NCBI GenBank assembly: GCA_903821695.1
Contig: CAIJLX010000067.1
Location: 4,956 to 68,955, forward strand
DNA from: an uncultured Alphaproteobacteria bacterium
Lineage (GTDB): Bacteria; Pseudomonadota; Alphaproteobacteria; Rickettsiales; CAIJLX01
Direction of reading: 5' to 3'
DNA: 64,000 nt
Below are positions 10,325 to 18,383 of the stretch, one piece after another. The notes under the pieces were generated by a model. That model saw only the letters and a list, made by a program, of their open reading frames with translations. It was not told the origin of the DNA and did no database searches. The position numbers and the translations under genes are program-made. Positions within the stretch are counted from its first letter, which is position 1. Every line of letters starts with the position of its first letter.

Positions 10325-11262
10325 AGTTTTTTATCTTTGCGATCTTGCTTGTCGCGCAGCTCTCTTGCGCGGAAAAGATCCGGCAAGTTATCGGCAATAT
10401 TCGCTATTTTTTCTGCAAGGTTCGTAGAGCCCGCGCTTCCGCCATTTCCTGCTCCATTTCCTGCTGTTCCAGCCCGTCCCACTGTTCTTTTGTCCACTCC
10501 AGGTTCTGTAATTTCTGGCTGATCGCTCCAGTCTTGTTGGCGGTATCGGTCATATTTTTCTCCATCTAGTACTTCTTCTTTTACTATTGATATCACAGTC
10601 GGCGGCAATCCTTTTAACTGTATTTGGCCATCGACCATCGTTTCTTCCACATCCTTAAATGTTACCGTTGTATTTTTAAAAAGCCTTACCAATCGGTCAT
10701 GTTGTGCCGCTATCACGCGGTGTTGTTCAAGGAAGCGCTCATTGTCTGTTGCGCGTGCGATATCAGGGTTATTTTGTCTGCCTAATGTAGTATGCAAATA
10801 ACTTTGGCGTGTACATGTCATCAACACGTTATGCTCTTCATAATTGCAAGAACGCACTCTGCTACGAAGATCTAACAAGAAATCAAGATTCTCTCCATGA
10901 TCCATCAGCACTATTGATAGATTTTTTTCAACCGCAGCCTGCACAATGTCGCGCACACTTGCGTAATATGCCTGTATTAAATGTGGAAGCTTTTCAGGGT
11001 GTTGCACATCGGCATGTTTTGCAATTTCCGGAAAAAGTGTTTGCCCAGTTTGCTTATCAATGCTCAAAAACGAACGTGGCTCGATAACCACTACGTTCTT
11101 ATCTGCAATGCCAGCATCTTTTAACATGCGTAGGTATACAGGTTTGCCTGTGCCGACGCCGCCGCTGATTAATAAAAAGAAAGGATGTTCCTGCGCTAGT
11201 CGCTCGTTGACGAGTAGATCTATCAAAGCAGGTGTCCCGTTGAATGGTTCACCGTATTGCAT
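10321..11262 (-). CDS. Hypothetical P-loop NTPase-like protein (possibly zeta-toxin/AAA_33-like) with a Gly/Ala-rich, then basic, C-terminal tail
   Basis: 313 aa. Walker-A-like LLISGGVGTGKP, where P replaces the usual T/S. A hydrophobic strand plus Asp (IVLMDHGEN) looks Walker-B-like. The tail reads GRAGTAGNGAGNGGSAG...RARELRDKQDRKDKKL. The family assignment is tentative. Confidence 0.6.
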   Translation of the reverse strand: MQYGEPFNGTPALIDLLVNERLAQEHPFFLLISGGVGTGKPVYLRMLKDAGIADKNVVVIEPRSFLSIDKQTGQTLFPEIAKHADVQHPEKLPHLIQAYYASVRDIVQAAVEKNLSIVLMDHGENLDFLLDLRSRVRSCNYEEHNVLMTCTRQSYLHTTLGRQNNPDIARATDNERFLEQHRVIAAQHDRLVRLFKNTTVTFKDVEETMVDGQIQLKGLPPTVISIVKEEVLDGEKYDRYRQQDWSDQPEITEPGVDKRTVGRAGTAGNGAGNGGSAGSTNLAEKIANIADNLPDLFRARELRDKQDRKDKKL

Positions 11263-11313
11263 AGATTTGGAGCTATTTTACCTTATTAGCTAAAAGCTGT
11301 AAATAAAAAGCTT

Positions 11314-11634
11314 CTATTTATGCTTAGTTTTCCGCTTCATAACCTGCTGAGATTTAGGGATATCCGCCAATTTTAGTTCTTTTTCCCGCGGATTCTTCAA
11401 ATGTGCCTCGTGTAAGCTCAATTTCAGCATCACATAGGGCACTGTTAAACCCACAGCGATAATGGCCAGGGCAAAGAGGCCATAATTTAGATTATTATGC
11501 TCCATTAATGGCAGCAAATAGGTCAACATATACATAGCTCCGAAACCGAAGAAGCCTACGAAGGCGATGATCAGAAGGAAGCGGATATTGCTAACCATCC
11601 GATTGGGCGAATAGCTAGGGGCATTACGGCGCAT
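11314..11634 (-). CDS. Small membrane protein (106 aa, two predicted TM helices, basic C-tail)
   Basis: Hydrophobic stretches FLLIIAFVGFFGFGAMYMLTYLL and LFALAIIAVGLTVPYVML. Same strand as the flanking genes. AT-rich. Confidence 0.55.
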   Translation of the reverse strand: MRRNAPSYSPNRMVSNIRFLLIIAFVGFFGFGAMYMLTYLLPLMEHNNLNYGLFALAIIAVGLTVPYVMLKLSLHEAHLKNPREKELKLADIPKSQQVMKRKTKHK

Positions 11635-11645
11635 AGAATTCTCCT

Positions 11646-12185
11646 TTAGAAGTGATAACGAACGCCGGCTTGAATGTTGCTGGCTTGGATCTCATCCTCA
11701 TCGGTATTGAGGTAGCGATAACCCAGGGTCCAATCAACACGTGGCATTGAATCGGATACAAGGGTTACGCCTGCCATACCCTGATACGCGAAGGTATCTG
11801 TGTTATGATGGAATGTGTTTGATACACTACCGTTGCGGCCTAAATGCAGAGCTGCATCACCGATACCTGCACCAACATAAGGCACTATGCGCCAGCCGGA
11901 GTGAGTCTTGGTGAATTGGTTAAAGTCGTAGTATACATTCCCCATATAGGTGATGTAGTGCAAGTTATCAGCAGCGTGATAGCCGATTTCACCCTCTACG
12001 CGCACATCATTAAAACGGTAACCAACGGCTACGTTTCCGCCGCCGCCCATATCTGCATTGCGTGGCCAGGTGAGATCACCGCTACCACCCACATAGAAAT
12101 TTTCATTTTGTGAATAAGGTGCAGCGATTGCAGAGGTTGCTGCCATAGTAGCTAAAATTGCGAGTGCCTTAAGTGAATGCTTCAT
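11646..12185 (-). CDS. Small outer-membrane beta-barrel protein (OMP_b-brl/Opa-like)
   Basis: 179 aa. Signal peptide MKHSLKALAILATMAATSAIAAP, alternating aromatic/Gly beta-strand pattern, and a C-terminal GVRYHF with terminal Phe typical of OMPs. Confidence 0.75.
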   Translation of the reverse strand: MKHSLKALAILATMAATSAIAAPYSQNENFYVGGSGDLTWPRNADMGGGGNVAVGYRFNDVRVEGEIGYHAADNLHYITYMGNVYYDFNQFTKTHSGWRIVPYVGAGIGDAALHLGRNGSVSNTFHHNTDTFAYQGMAGVTLVSDSMPRVDWTLGYRYLNTDEDEIQASNIQAGVRYHF

Positions 12186-12337
12186 TTTAATTCTCCGTGG
12201 GTGAATACAAAGCTATTTGCGCAGAGAGGTGTTCAATTTTCGATGGGCAAAGCCGGGCCGTTTCATTAAGAAGCTGTAAATGAAGTTGCTTTTTCGGCGG
12301 GAATGGCTAGGATTTCCTCGTTTTTTAGGGGATTCAT

Positions 12338-12871
12338 ATGCCAAAAACTGCGGCAGAAAAAATACAAGCATTTGATTATAAATCTTTTATCACTGATGTA
12401 CCGGATTTCCCAAAAGCCGGAATTCTGTTCCGTGATATTTCACCATTGCTGCGCCAGCATTATACCCAAACCATCACAGGTCTTGCCGAACTCTTCAGCG
12501 ACAAAGAATGGGCCGAAATCGATTACATCGCCGGCATCGAATCCCGTGGATTTATCCTCGCTGCCGGTTTGGCGTTTTATAAACAAAAAGGCTTCGTAAA
12601 ATTACGTAAACCCGGCAAACTGCCCGGCAACACCCATAAAGTGTCCTATGGTTTGGAATATGGCAATGATGCACTCGAAATGCAGGTCGGCGAAGGCCGC
12701 ATTTTGTTAGTCGATGATGTGCTCGCTACGGGCGGCACACTGCAAGCTGCAGCGGATTTGACGCAAGCGACCGGCCATGAAGTGAAAGGTTTTGCGTTGT
12801 TAGTGAATCTCTCTCACCTCAATAATTTTGTATGGCAAGGCATCAAACCACGTTGTTTGGTGGAATATTAA
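12338..12871 (+). CDS. apt: Adenine phosphoribosyltransferase
   Basis: 177 aa with DFPKAGILFRDISPLL and the PRPP-binding loop LLVDDVLATGGT. Confidence 0.95.
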   Translation: MPKTAAEKIQAFDYKSFITDVPDFPKAGILFRDISPLLRQHYTQTITGLAELFSDKEWAEIDYIAGIESRGFILAAGLAFYKQKGFVKLRKPGKLPGNTHKVSYGLEYGNDALEMQVGEGRILLVDDVLATGGTLQAAADLTQATGHEVKGFALLVNLSHLNNFVWQGIKPRCLVEY

Positions 12872-12874
12872 GCC

Positions 12875-13450
12875 ATGAGAGACGATACACTTTTTGTAAT
12901 GGCATTGCCGCAAGAGGGCATGGGATTGCTCGAAAATCTCGGCATCGATGTGCTCTATACGGGCGTTGGCAAAGTGAATGCGACGTATACGCTGACCAAG
13001 GAATTAACACTGCGCAAACTGATGAAGCGCAGCCCAAAACGGGTGATTAATTTGGGTACAGCCGGTAGCAAAACATTCAAAACTGGCGACCTGGTTGCCT
13101 GCAATCAATTCGTACAGCGCGATATGGATGTGACGCCATTAGGCTTCGCGCCAGGCGAAACACCGTTTGAAGATGGCCCAGTCATCCTCGAAATTGCCGC
13201 ATTATTTCCGGATCTAGACCACGGCATTTGCGGCAGCGGCGATAGTTTCGTCACCGGCGAATTAAGTGTTCCGTGCGATGTCATGGAGATGGAAGGCTAT
13301 GCGCTCGCCAAAGTCTGCATCCAAGAAGGAATGCCCTTCGCCGCCATCAAATATATTACTGACGGCGCTGATGTAAATGCTGCTATGGATTGGCAAGAAC
13401 GTTTACGCCACGCAGCGGAAAGCTTCGCTGAGTTTGTAGAAAGCCTCTAA
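12875..13450 (+). CDS. Nucleoside phosphorylase-I family protein, MTA/SAH nucleosidase-like (short form)
   Basis: 191 aa with GVGKVNA and MEMEGYALAKVC motifs of the Pfs/MtnN family. Adjacency to apt fits adenine salvage. Confidence 0.75.
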   Translation: MRDDTLFVMALPQEGMGLLENLGIDVLYTGVGKVNATYTLTKELTLRKLMKRSPKRVINLGTAGSKTFKTGDLVACNQFVQRDMDVTPLGFAPGETPFEDGPVILEIAALFPDLDHGICGSGDSFVTGELSVPCDVMEMEGYALAKVCIQEGMPFAAIKYITDGADVNAAMDWQERLRHAAESFAEFVESL

Positions 13451-13750
13451 ATGACTAAAAGTGAGAAGTTTTTAAGAATTTTAACATACACTGTTGGGTT
13501 TCTGCCCCCTTGTTTAACTCTTATCTTATCTTTGTGCATATATACAGGCATTGGTCGCACAAGTATAAATTACGGCTTGGTCGAGTTAGGAATAATCGTA
13601 CCTCTCTCTATTTTTGGTTTTTTGGTGGGCCTTTTTACCGTAATTTCATCTCTGTTTTTTCAGAAAAAACTTCTAAAACTAGGCATTATTTGTACGGCAC
13701 TAAGTATCCTCTATTTGTACCTTAGTTTTATGCTGGCCCGGATGTATTGA
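13451..13750 (+). CDS. Small membrane protein (99 aa, about 3 TM helices)
   Basis: Its ATG directly follows the nucleosidase stop (TAAATG). Strongly hydrophobic and AT-rich. No family recognised. Confidence 0.5.
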   Translation: MTKSEKFLRILTYTVGFLPPCLTLILSLCIYTGIGRTSINYGLVELGIIVPLSIFGFLVGLFTVISSLFFQKKLLKLGIICTALSILYLYLSFMLARMY

Positions 13751-13755
13751 ATCGA

Positions 13756-14799
13756 TTAGCTTCTCCACTGCAACGTTTTTTCCGGCAGTGGGTTTTGGAA
13801 CGGCACGTTATTTGCTGCTGCTTCTGCCCAGGTTCTTTTTAGTTTGTGATACCACAGCGCTTGTTGATCTGCGCCGCCCAAGAGCATGAGCGATGGATGT
13901 TCACCGGCTAAACCTTCTTGCTGTTTGCGCACTATTTCTAAATCTTGGCGGATGAAGGATTTGCCGAAGGGTTTTAAAATTGGGCGCAGAAGATTGATCA
14001 ATCCAATCGTTGTGAACATGAACTGATGGAGTTCAGTGCGTTTGTCATCAATCGGCGTGAGTGCGGTGAGTAATACGATATGGTTTTCGCCGACGGTGAT
14101 GTGTTCCGTGCGCAAGGATGGCAGTTGGAACGCAATCTCCGTAATCGGTTCGCCGCCCAGTATTTTATAGGCGCGAGAATTGCTGGATGGTTTATGCGAG
14201 ACCATTTTGAAACCAAGCTCTGTTGGTGCAAATTTCTTTTGCTTTAAATGCATCGAACGCTGCGAACGCCACCACCAGGAAGCATGTACATATGGGCCAT
14301 GCGAAGGATCCATCAGGCCAATCACCGCATGATCTACATCACAAGGGAACATTACCGAATCGACATGGTAAAATGCTTTATCTTTAGGCCCTGGTAATGT
14401 TGGTAATGCCGGCAAATTTTCCGGCACTTTGGTTTTGGGTGGCATTACATAAACCCAAATCACTCCGCCTTCTTCTCGGCATGGATAGGAAGTGGCTTTG
14501 ATGCGATTGATATCGACATTATCTTCTTCGGTCAGTGACGGAATTTTTGTACAAGTTCCGGCACTATTGAAGCACCAACCATGATAGCAGCATTCAATTT
14601 CATTGCCGTCAAACTTGCCATAGCTAAGTGGTATGCCACGGTGCGGACAGAAATCACGCAGGGCGAAAATTTCGCCTTCATTGGTGCGGCCGAAGACGAT
14701 TTTTTGGCCGAGTATGGTTTTGGTTTCCAGCTTGCCGCGCTTCACTTGAGCGGAAGGGCCCGCAACGTACCAGAAGGAATAAAGGAACGTATCCGTCAT
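13756..14799 (-). CDS. Rieske [2Fe-2S] non-haem iron oxygenase, PaO/Tic55-like family
   Basis: 347 aa. Rieske motif CPHRGIPLS...CCYHGWCF, and a mononuclear iron region MDPSHGPYVH resembling the PaO-type MDPAHVPxxH. Confidence 0.85.
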   Translation of the reverse strand: MTDTFLYSFWYVAGPSAQVKRGKLETKTILGQKIVFGRTNEGEIFALRDFCPHRGIPLSYGKFDGNEIECCYHGWCFNSAGTCTKIPSLTEEDNVDINRIKATSYPCREEGGVIWVYVMPPKTKVPENLPALPTLPGPKDKAFYHVDSVMFPCDVDHAVIGLMDPSHGPYVHASWWWRSQRSMHLKQKKFAPTELGFKMVSHKPSSNSRAYKILGGEPITEIAFQLPSLRTEHITVGENHIVLLTALTPIDDKRTELHQFMFTTIGLINLLRPILKPFGKSFIRQDLEIVRKQQEGLAGEHPSLMLLGGADQQALWYHKLKRTWAEAAANNVPFQNPLPEKTLQWRS

Positions 14800-14803
14800 A
14801 GCA

Positions 14804-16768
14804 TTACGTAGCTACGCGCATCGGCAGAATCACCATCGTATGACCTGCGGCATTGAGGCGGCGCTGTAGAATATACGCGGTCTGGTTGAAGAGTAACTGG
14901 GTAATGAAACCTTCATTATCAAACACCATTTTGACGCCGAAGAACACTACACCAGGGAAATCTTCCGCCACACTATAGGCAAGCTCGCTGAGTTTTTCTA
15001 ACGTATCCGTACCATAACCCAGATACGAGGTGGCAGGTACGCCTTGTTCGGTGCAATAGGCCTCGAAGCGACGTGAGTTTTGGCGAGCGTTGCGGCGCAT
15101 GGTTTGCCAGAGTTGTTCTTCGGAGAAGTTGGTCGAATCCACCTCACCAACGCCGATTAACACGAAGTTGGTGAATACATCGGGGAAGAGTTTTTGAACT
15201 TCTTTCAGGGTATAAATGCCGCTACCGAAATGATCATTCACGATGAGCGCTGCAGTTGGCTTTTTGTAATCCAATAATTTCGCACGGCGCGATCTTCCAT
15301 CGAGGGTTACTTCCTGCGCTTCCTCAATCCGGTCAATCACCTTTTCCACGCGCTTGTAACGTCTGCGGATATAAGCGCTCATGCAAATAACACCAGAAGT
15401 GACCAGCATGGTCATCCAACCACCGGTCGCGAATTTTTCGAACACAGTGACTATCAAAATAAAGGAGCACAACACGAAGCCCTGCGCTGCGACGAATAGT
15501 TTAAACCAGCGTCTGTCCGCGCCTTTTTGTCTGAGCCAATGCCTGCATAACCCAGCCAGCGAAAGGCTGAAGGTGATAAACACGTTAATACTATAAAGTA
15601 CGACAAGCACAGAAACATCGCCGCCTGTAACCAAGATCGCGGTGATAGCCGAAAGGCCCATGAGTATAATGCCGTTTTTTACGACCAGACGGCTGGAAAG
15701 TGAGCTGAAGAAATCCGGCATCCAGCGATCCCTTGCCATGTTTGCCAGAGTGGAAGGACCCGCAAGAAAGCCCGTATTAGCCGCAACTAACAATAGCCCT
15801 GCCTCAAAGAACATCAGCAATGGCAGCATCACCGGCCCCAGCGCGAAATCGCCGATATGCCAGCGGTTCACAATTTTATGGAACACGGAAGCGTTTAACG
15901 TTTGGCCTGCTATTTTTTCTGCATCCCAGAGTAGGTACAGTAGCATGATGCCGGCTGCCATAAAGGCAAGGGAGGAAGCCACAAAAATCATGGTCAGCTT
16001 GCCGGTGCGCACTTTCGGCTCCTGCAGCGCATCCACTTTATTGGAAACGGCTTCCAACCCCGTATAGGTTCCACCGCCGAGAGAGAATGCTCTTAAGAAT
16101 AAGGCGATGACAAAAAACCACCCCATCGAATCGCTTAATTCTTTACTATCCTGAACCGCCTTAGGAATAAGCTCGGAAATACCCTCATGGTGATAGACGA
16201 TACCGTAAATAATCACCACCGCATGGGTAACCATAAAGCCAATAAAAATTGGGACGAGAAGGCGGATAGATTCCTTCATCCCCCGGAGGTTCATAAAGAT
16301 AAGCAAAAATACAACCATAACCTGCAGCCACAGCTTATAACCGCTATATTGGACAGGTAGGAGGCTAAACAACGCATCCGTACCGCTCGCGACAGAAATC
16401 GCGATGGTTAGCACATAATCGATTACCAGTGCACCGCCGGAGACAAGCCCGAAATTAGGCCCCAGCAAGTTAGAAGCAACGCGATAACCGCCGCCGCCAT
16501 TAGGAAAAAGCTCCATCACCTGCATGTAAGCCGCGGAAATCACGAATACGGTGACGGCAGATGCAATTGCCAGATAAATCGCCAATTCGCCATGGTCAGC
16601 AAGCGCCAAGAACGCCTCTTCCGGGCCGTAACAAGCTGAGGAAAGCCCATCCGCGCCAAGGCCAATCCAGGCCATTAATGCCGCAAGGGAAATGTTACGC
16701 CGCGTTGCCTTATCGAAAGGATCGCGTGGGGGACCAAGACAGAAATGCTTAATACTTTTAAGTGTCAT
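14804..16768 (-). CDS. APC-superfamily amino acid/polyamine permease with a cytosolic C-terminal domain
   Basis: 654 aa with about 12 TM helices (GLGADGLSSACYGPEE near the N-terminus) plus a soluble tail of about 180 aa. Confidence 0.8.
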   Translation of the reverse strand: MTLKSIKHFCLGPPRDPFDKATRRNISLAALMAWIGLGADGLSSACYGPEEAFLALADHGELAIYLAIASAVTVFVISAAYMQVMELFPNGGGGYRVASNLLGPNFGLVSGGALVIDYVLTIAISVASGTDALFSLLPVQYSGYKLWLQVMVVFLLIFMNLRGMKESIRLLVPIFIGFMVTHAVVIIYGIVYHHEGISELIPKAVQDSKELSDSMGWFFVIALFLRAFSLGGGTYTGLEAVSNKVDALQEPKVRTGKLTMIFVASSLAFMAAGIMLLYLLWDAEKIAGQTLNASVFHKIVNRWHIGDFALGPVMLPLLMFFEAGLLLVAANTGFLAGPSTLANMARDRWMPDFFSSLSSRLVVKNGIILMGLSAITAILVTGGDVSVLVVLYSINVFITFSLSLAGLCRHWLRQKGADRRWFKLFVAAQGFVLCSFILIVTVFEKFATGGWMTMLVTSGVICMSAYIRRRYKRVEKVIDRIEEAQEVTLDGRSRRAKLLDYKKPTAALIVNDHFGSGIYTLKEVQKLFPDVFTNFVLIGVGEVDSTNFSEEQLWQTMRRNARQNSRRFEAYCTEQGVPATSYLGYGTDTLEKLSELAYSVAEDFPGVVFFGVKMVFDNEGFITQLLFNQTAYILQRRLNAAGHTMVILPMRVAT

Positions 16769-16942
16769 AGCACCGCGTATTTAGGCCGGAAATACGCTAA
16801 AAATCCTAAAGAGGTTTCCCAAAAACACCCATGGCACGGCTCCATGACTTGTTGGGTGGACGAATACGCCCTTGAATTCAAAATTGCAAGCCTCTATTAC
16901 GTAGTAGCTCCCCAGTTGATACATTTAACCTATAGATTTGAT

Positions 16943-18262
16943 ATGAAACGGTTTTTTCTTTTTTTGATGGTTTTTTGTGCGGCGCACTCGGCGCAAGCCG
17001 AGTTACGCATTGATATTACACGCGGAAATGTCAATCCGCTGCCCATTGCACTCCCCGATTTCACCGGCGAAACCCAGCTCGGGGCCGATATTATGCGGGT
17101 TATTTCCGATGATTTAGAGCGCTCTGGCCTGTTTAAACCGATCGATCCACGCTCTTTTGTCGAAAGAATCAAAGATTCCAACCAAGTTCCACGCTTTCCG
17201 GATTGGCAAGGCATAAGCGCCCAGGCTTTAGTGACGGGCGATGTGCGGCGCGCAGCGGATGGCGGTTTGGAAGTGCAATTCCGTTTGTGGGACGTGTTGG
17301 CCGAAAAACAGGTCGCAGGGAAATCTTATACTACGCCCGAAGATAACTGGCGCCGTGTCGGCCATTTGATCGCCGACCAAATTTATAAGCGCCTGACGGG
17401 TGAAAACGGCTATTTCGACTCGCGCATTGTCTATATCGCCGAAAGTGGCAATTTCCGCAAACGTACCAAACGCCTCGCGATTATGGATCAAGATGGTGCT
17501 AACCACATGTTCCTGACCGATGGCGCAGACCTGGTGCTCACCCCACGTTTTGACCCAAACATGCAGCGCATTATCTACCTCTCCTATGAAGGCCGCAAAC
17601 CGAGCGTGCATTTATATGACCTCGAAACCGGCCGTGTTGAACTGCTCGGCAATTTCGACGGCATGAGCTTCGCTCCACGCTTCTCACCAGATGGCCGCAA
17701 AGTGGTGATGACCATCGCCAAGAACGGTAACTCTGAAATTTATGAGATGACCCTCGCTAATCGCCAGATGCGCCAGATCACGAATAACCCAGCAATCGAC
17801 ACCTCGCCCTCCTATTCGCCCGATGGCAAATACATCACCTTTAACTCCGACCGTGGCGGCAGCCAGCAGCTTTATGTGATGAACGCCGATGGCAGCAATG
17901 CCCGCCGCATCAGCTTCGGCGATGGCAAATACGGCACCCCCGTCTGGAGCCCTCGCGGTGACTTAGTCGCCTTCACCAAAATGAAAGGCGGCCGGTTCCA
18001 TATCGGCATTATGCGCCCAGATGGCAGCGGCGAACGTATTTTAACGGATAGCTTCCTAGATGAAGGCCCAACCTGGAGCCCGAACGGTCGCGTGATCATC
18101 TTCACCCGCCAAAAAGAAGGCTACACCAGATCCGACCTCTCCCGCACCTATTCGATCGATTTGACCGGCTACAACCTTCGCGAGGTTATGACTCCGCTGG
18201 ATGCCTCTGATCCAGCCTGGTCGCCATTGCTCGAAAACCCTTGTGCAGGTGGGAAGTGTTAG
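16943..18262 (+). CDS. tolB: Tol-Pal system beta-propeller protein TolB
   Basis: Track ORF 16745-18262. I prefer the ATG at 16943, which gives the signal peptide MKRFFLFLMVFCAAHSAQA. Repeated SPDG/SPxG propeller blades (PRFSPDGRKV, PSYSPDGKYI, PVWSPRGDLV, PTWSPNGRVI). Confidence 0.93.
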   Translation: MKRFFLFLMVFCAAHSAQAELRIDITRGNVNPLPIALPDFTGETQLGADIMRVISDDLERSGLFKPIDPRSFVERIKDSNQVPRFPDWQGISAQALVTGDVRRAADGGLEVQFRLWDVLAEKQVAGKSYTTPEDNWRRVGHLIADQIYKRLTGENGYFDSRIVYIAESGNFRKRTKRLAIMDQDGANHMFLTDGADLVLTPRFDPNMQRIIYLSYEGRKPSVHLYDLETGRVELLGNFDGMSFAPRFSPDGRKVVMTIAKNGNSEIYEMTLANRQMRQITNNPAIDTSPSYSPDGKYITFNSDRGGSQQLYVMNADGSNARRISFGDGKYGTPVWSPRGDLVAFTKMKGGRFHIGIMRPDGSGERILTDSFLDEGPTWSPNGRVIIFTRQKEGYTRSDLSRTYSIDLTGYNLREVMTPLDASDPAWSPLLENPCAGGKC

Positions 18263-18302
18263 TATCGATGAACGATGTTACGATGAGCGATGATGCGATT
18301 TT

Positions 18303-18376
18303 CTTACGCATCCCGACGCAAGTCGGGATCCAGCCTCTCTGCCAAAAATGGATACCGGCTTTCGCCGGTATGCGTA
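18303..18376. repeat. Inverted pair of related ~30-nt palindromic hairpin elements
   Basis: Hairpin 1 is ATCCCGAC-GCAA-GTCGGGAT (18310-18329). Hairpin 2 is ATACCGGC-TTTC-GCCGGTAT (18352-18371). The reverse complement of element 1 aligns with element 2 at 23 of 30 positions, and the stem differences are compensatory. Read through, they give the WIPxxxGM / IPAKAGI peptides typical of small alphaproteobacterial palindromic repeats. Confidence 0.7.
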
Positions 18377-18383
18377 TTATCAG

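Noticed and set aside
11292-12281. 11-bp direct repeat AAGCTGTAAAT flanking the membrane-protein/OMP gene pair (11293-11303 and 12271-12281), considered as a target-site duplication
   Set aside because: Chance 11-mer repeats are expected many times in 64 kb. There are no terminal inverted repeats, transposase or integrase nearby.
16775-16797. 8-bp hairpin GCGTATTT-N7-AAATACGC just upstream of the APC permease start, considered as a riboswitch or terminator
   Set aside because: It is too short and isolated, with no conserved riboswitch core or U-tract. It may be a minor 5'-UTR structure only.
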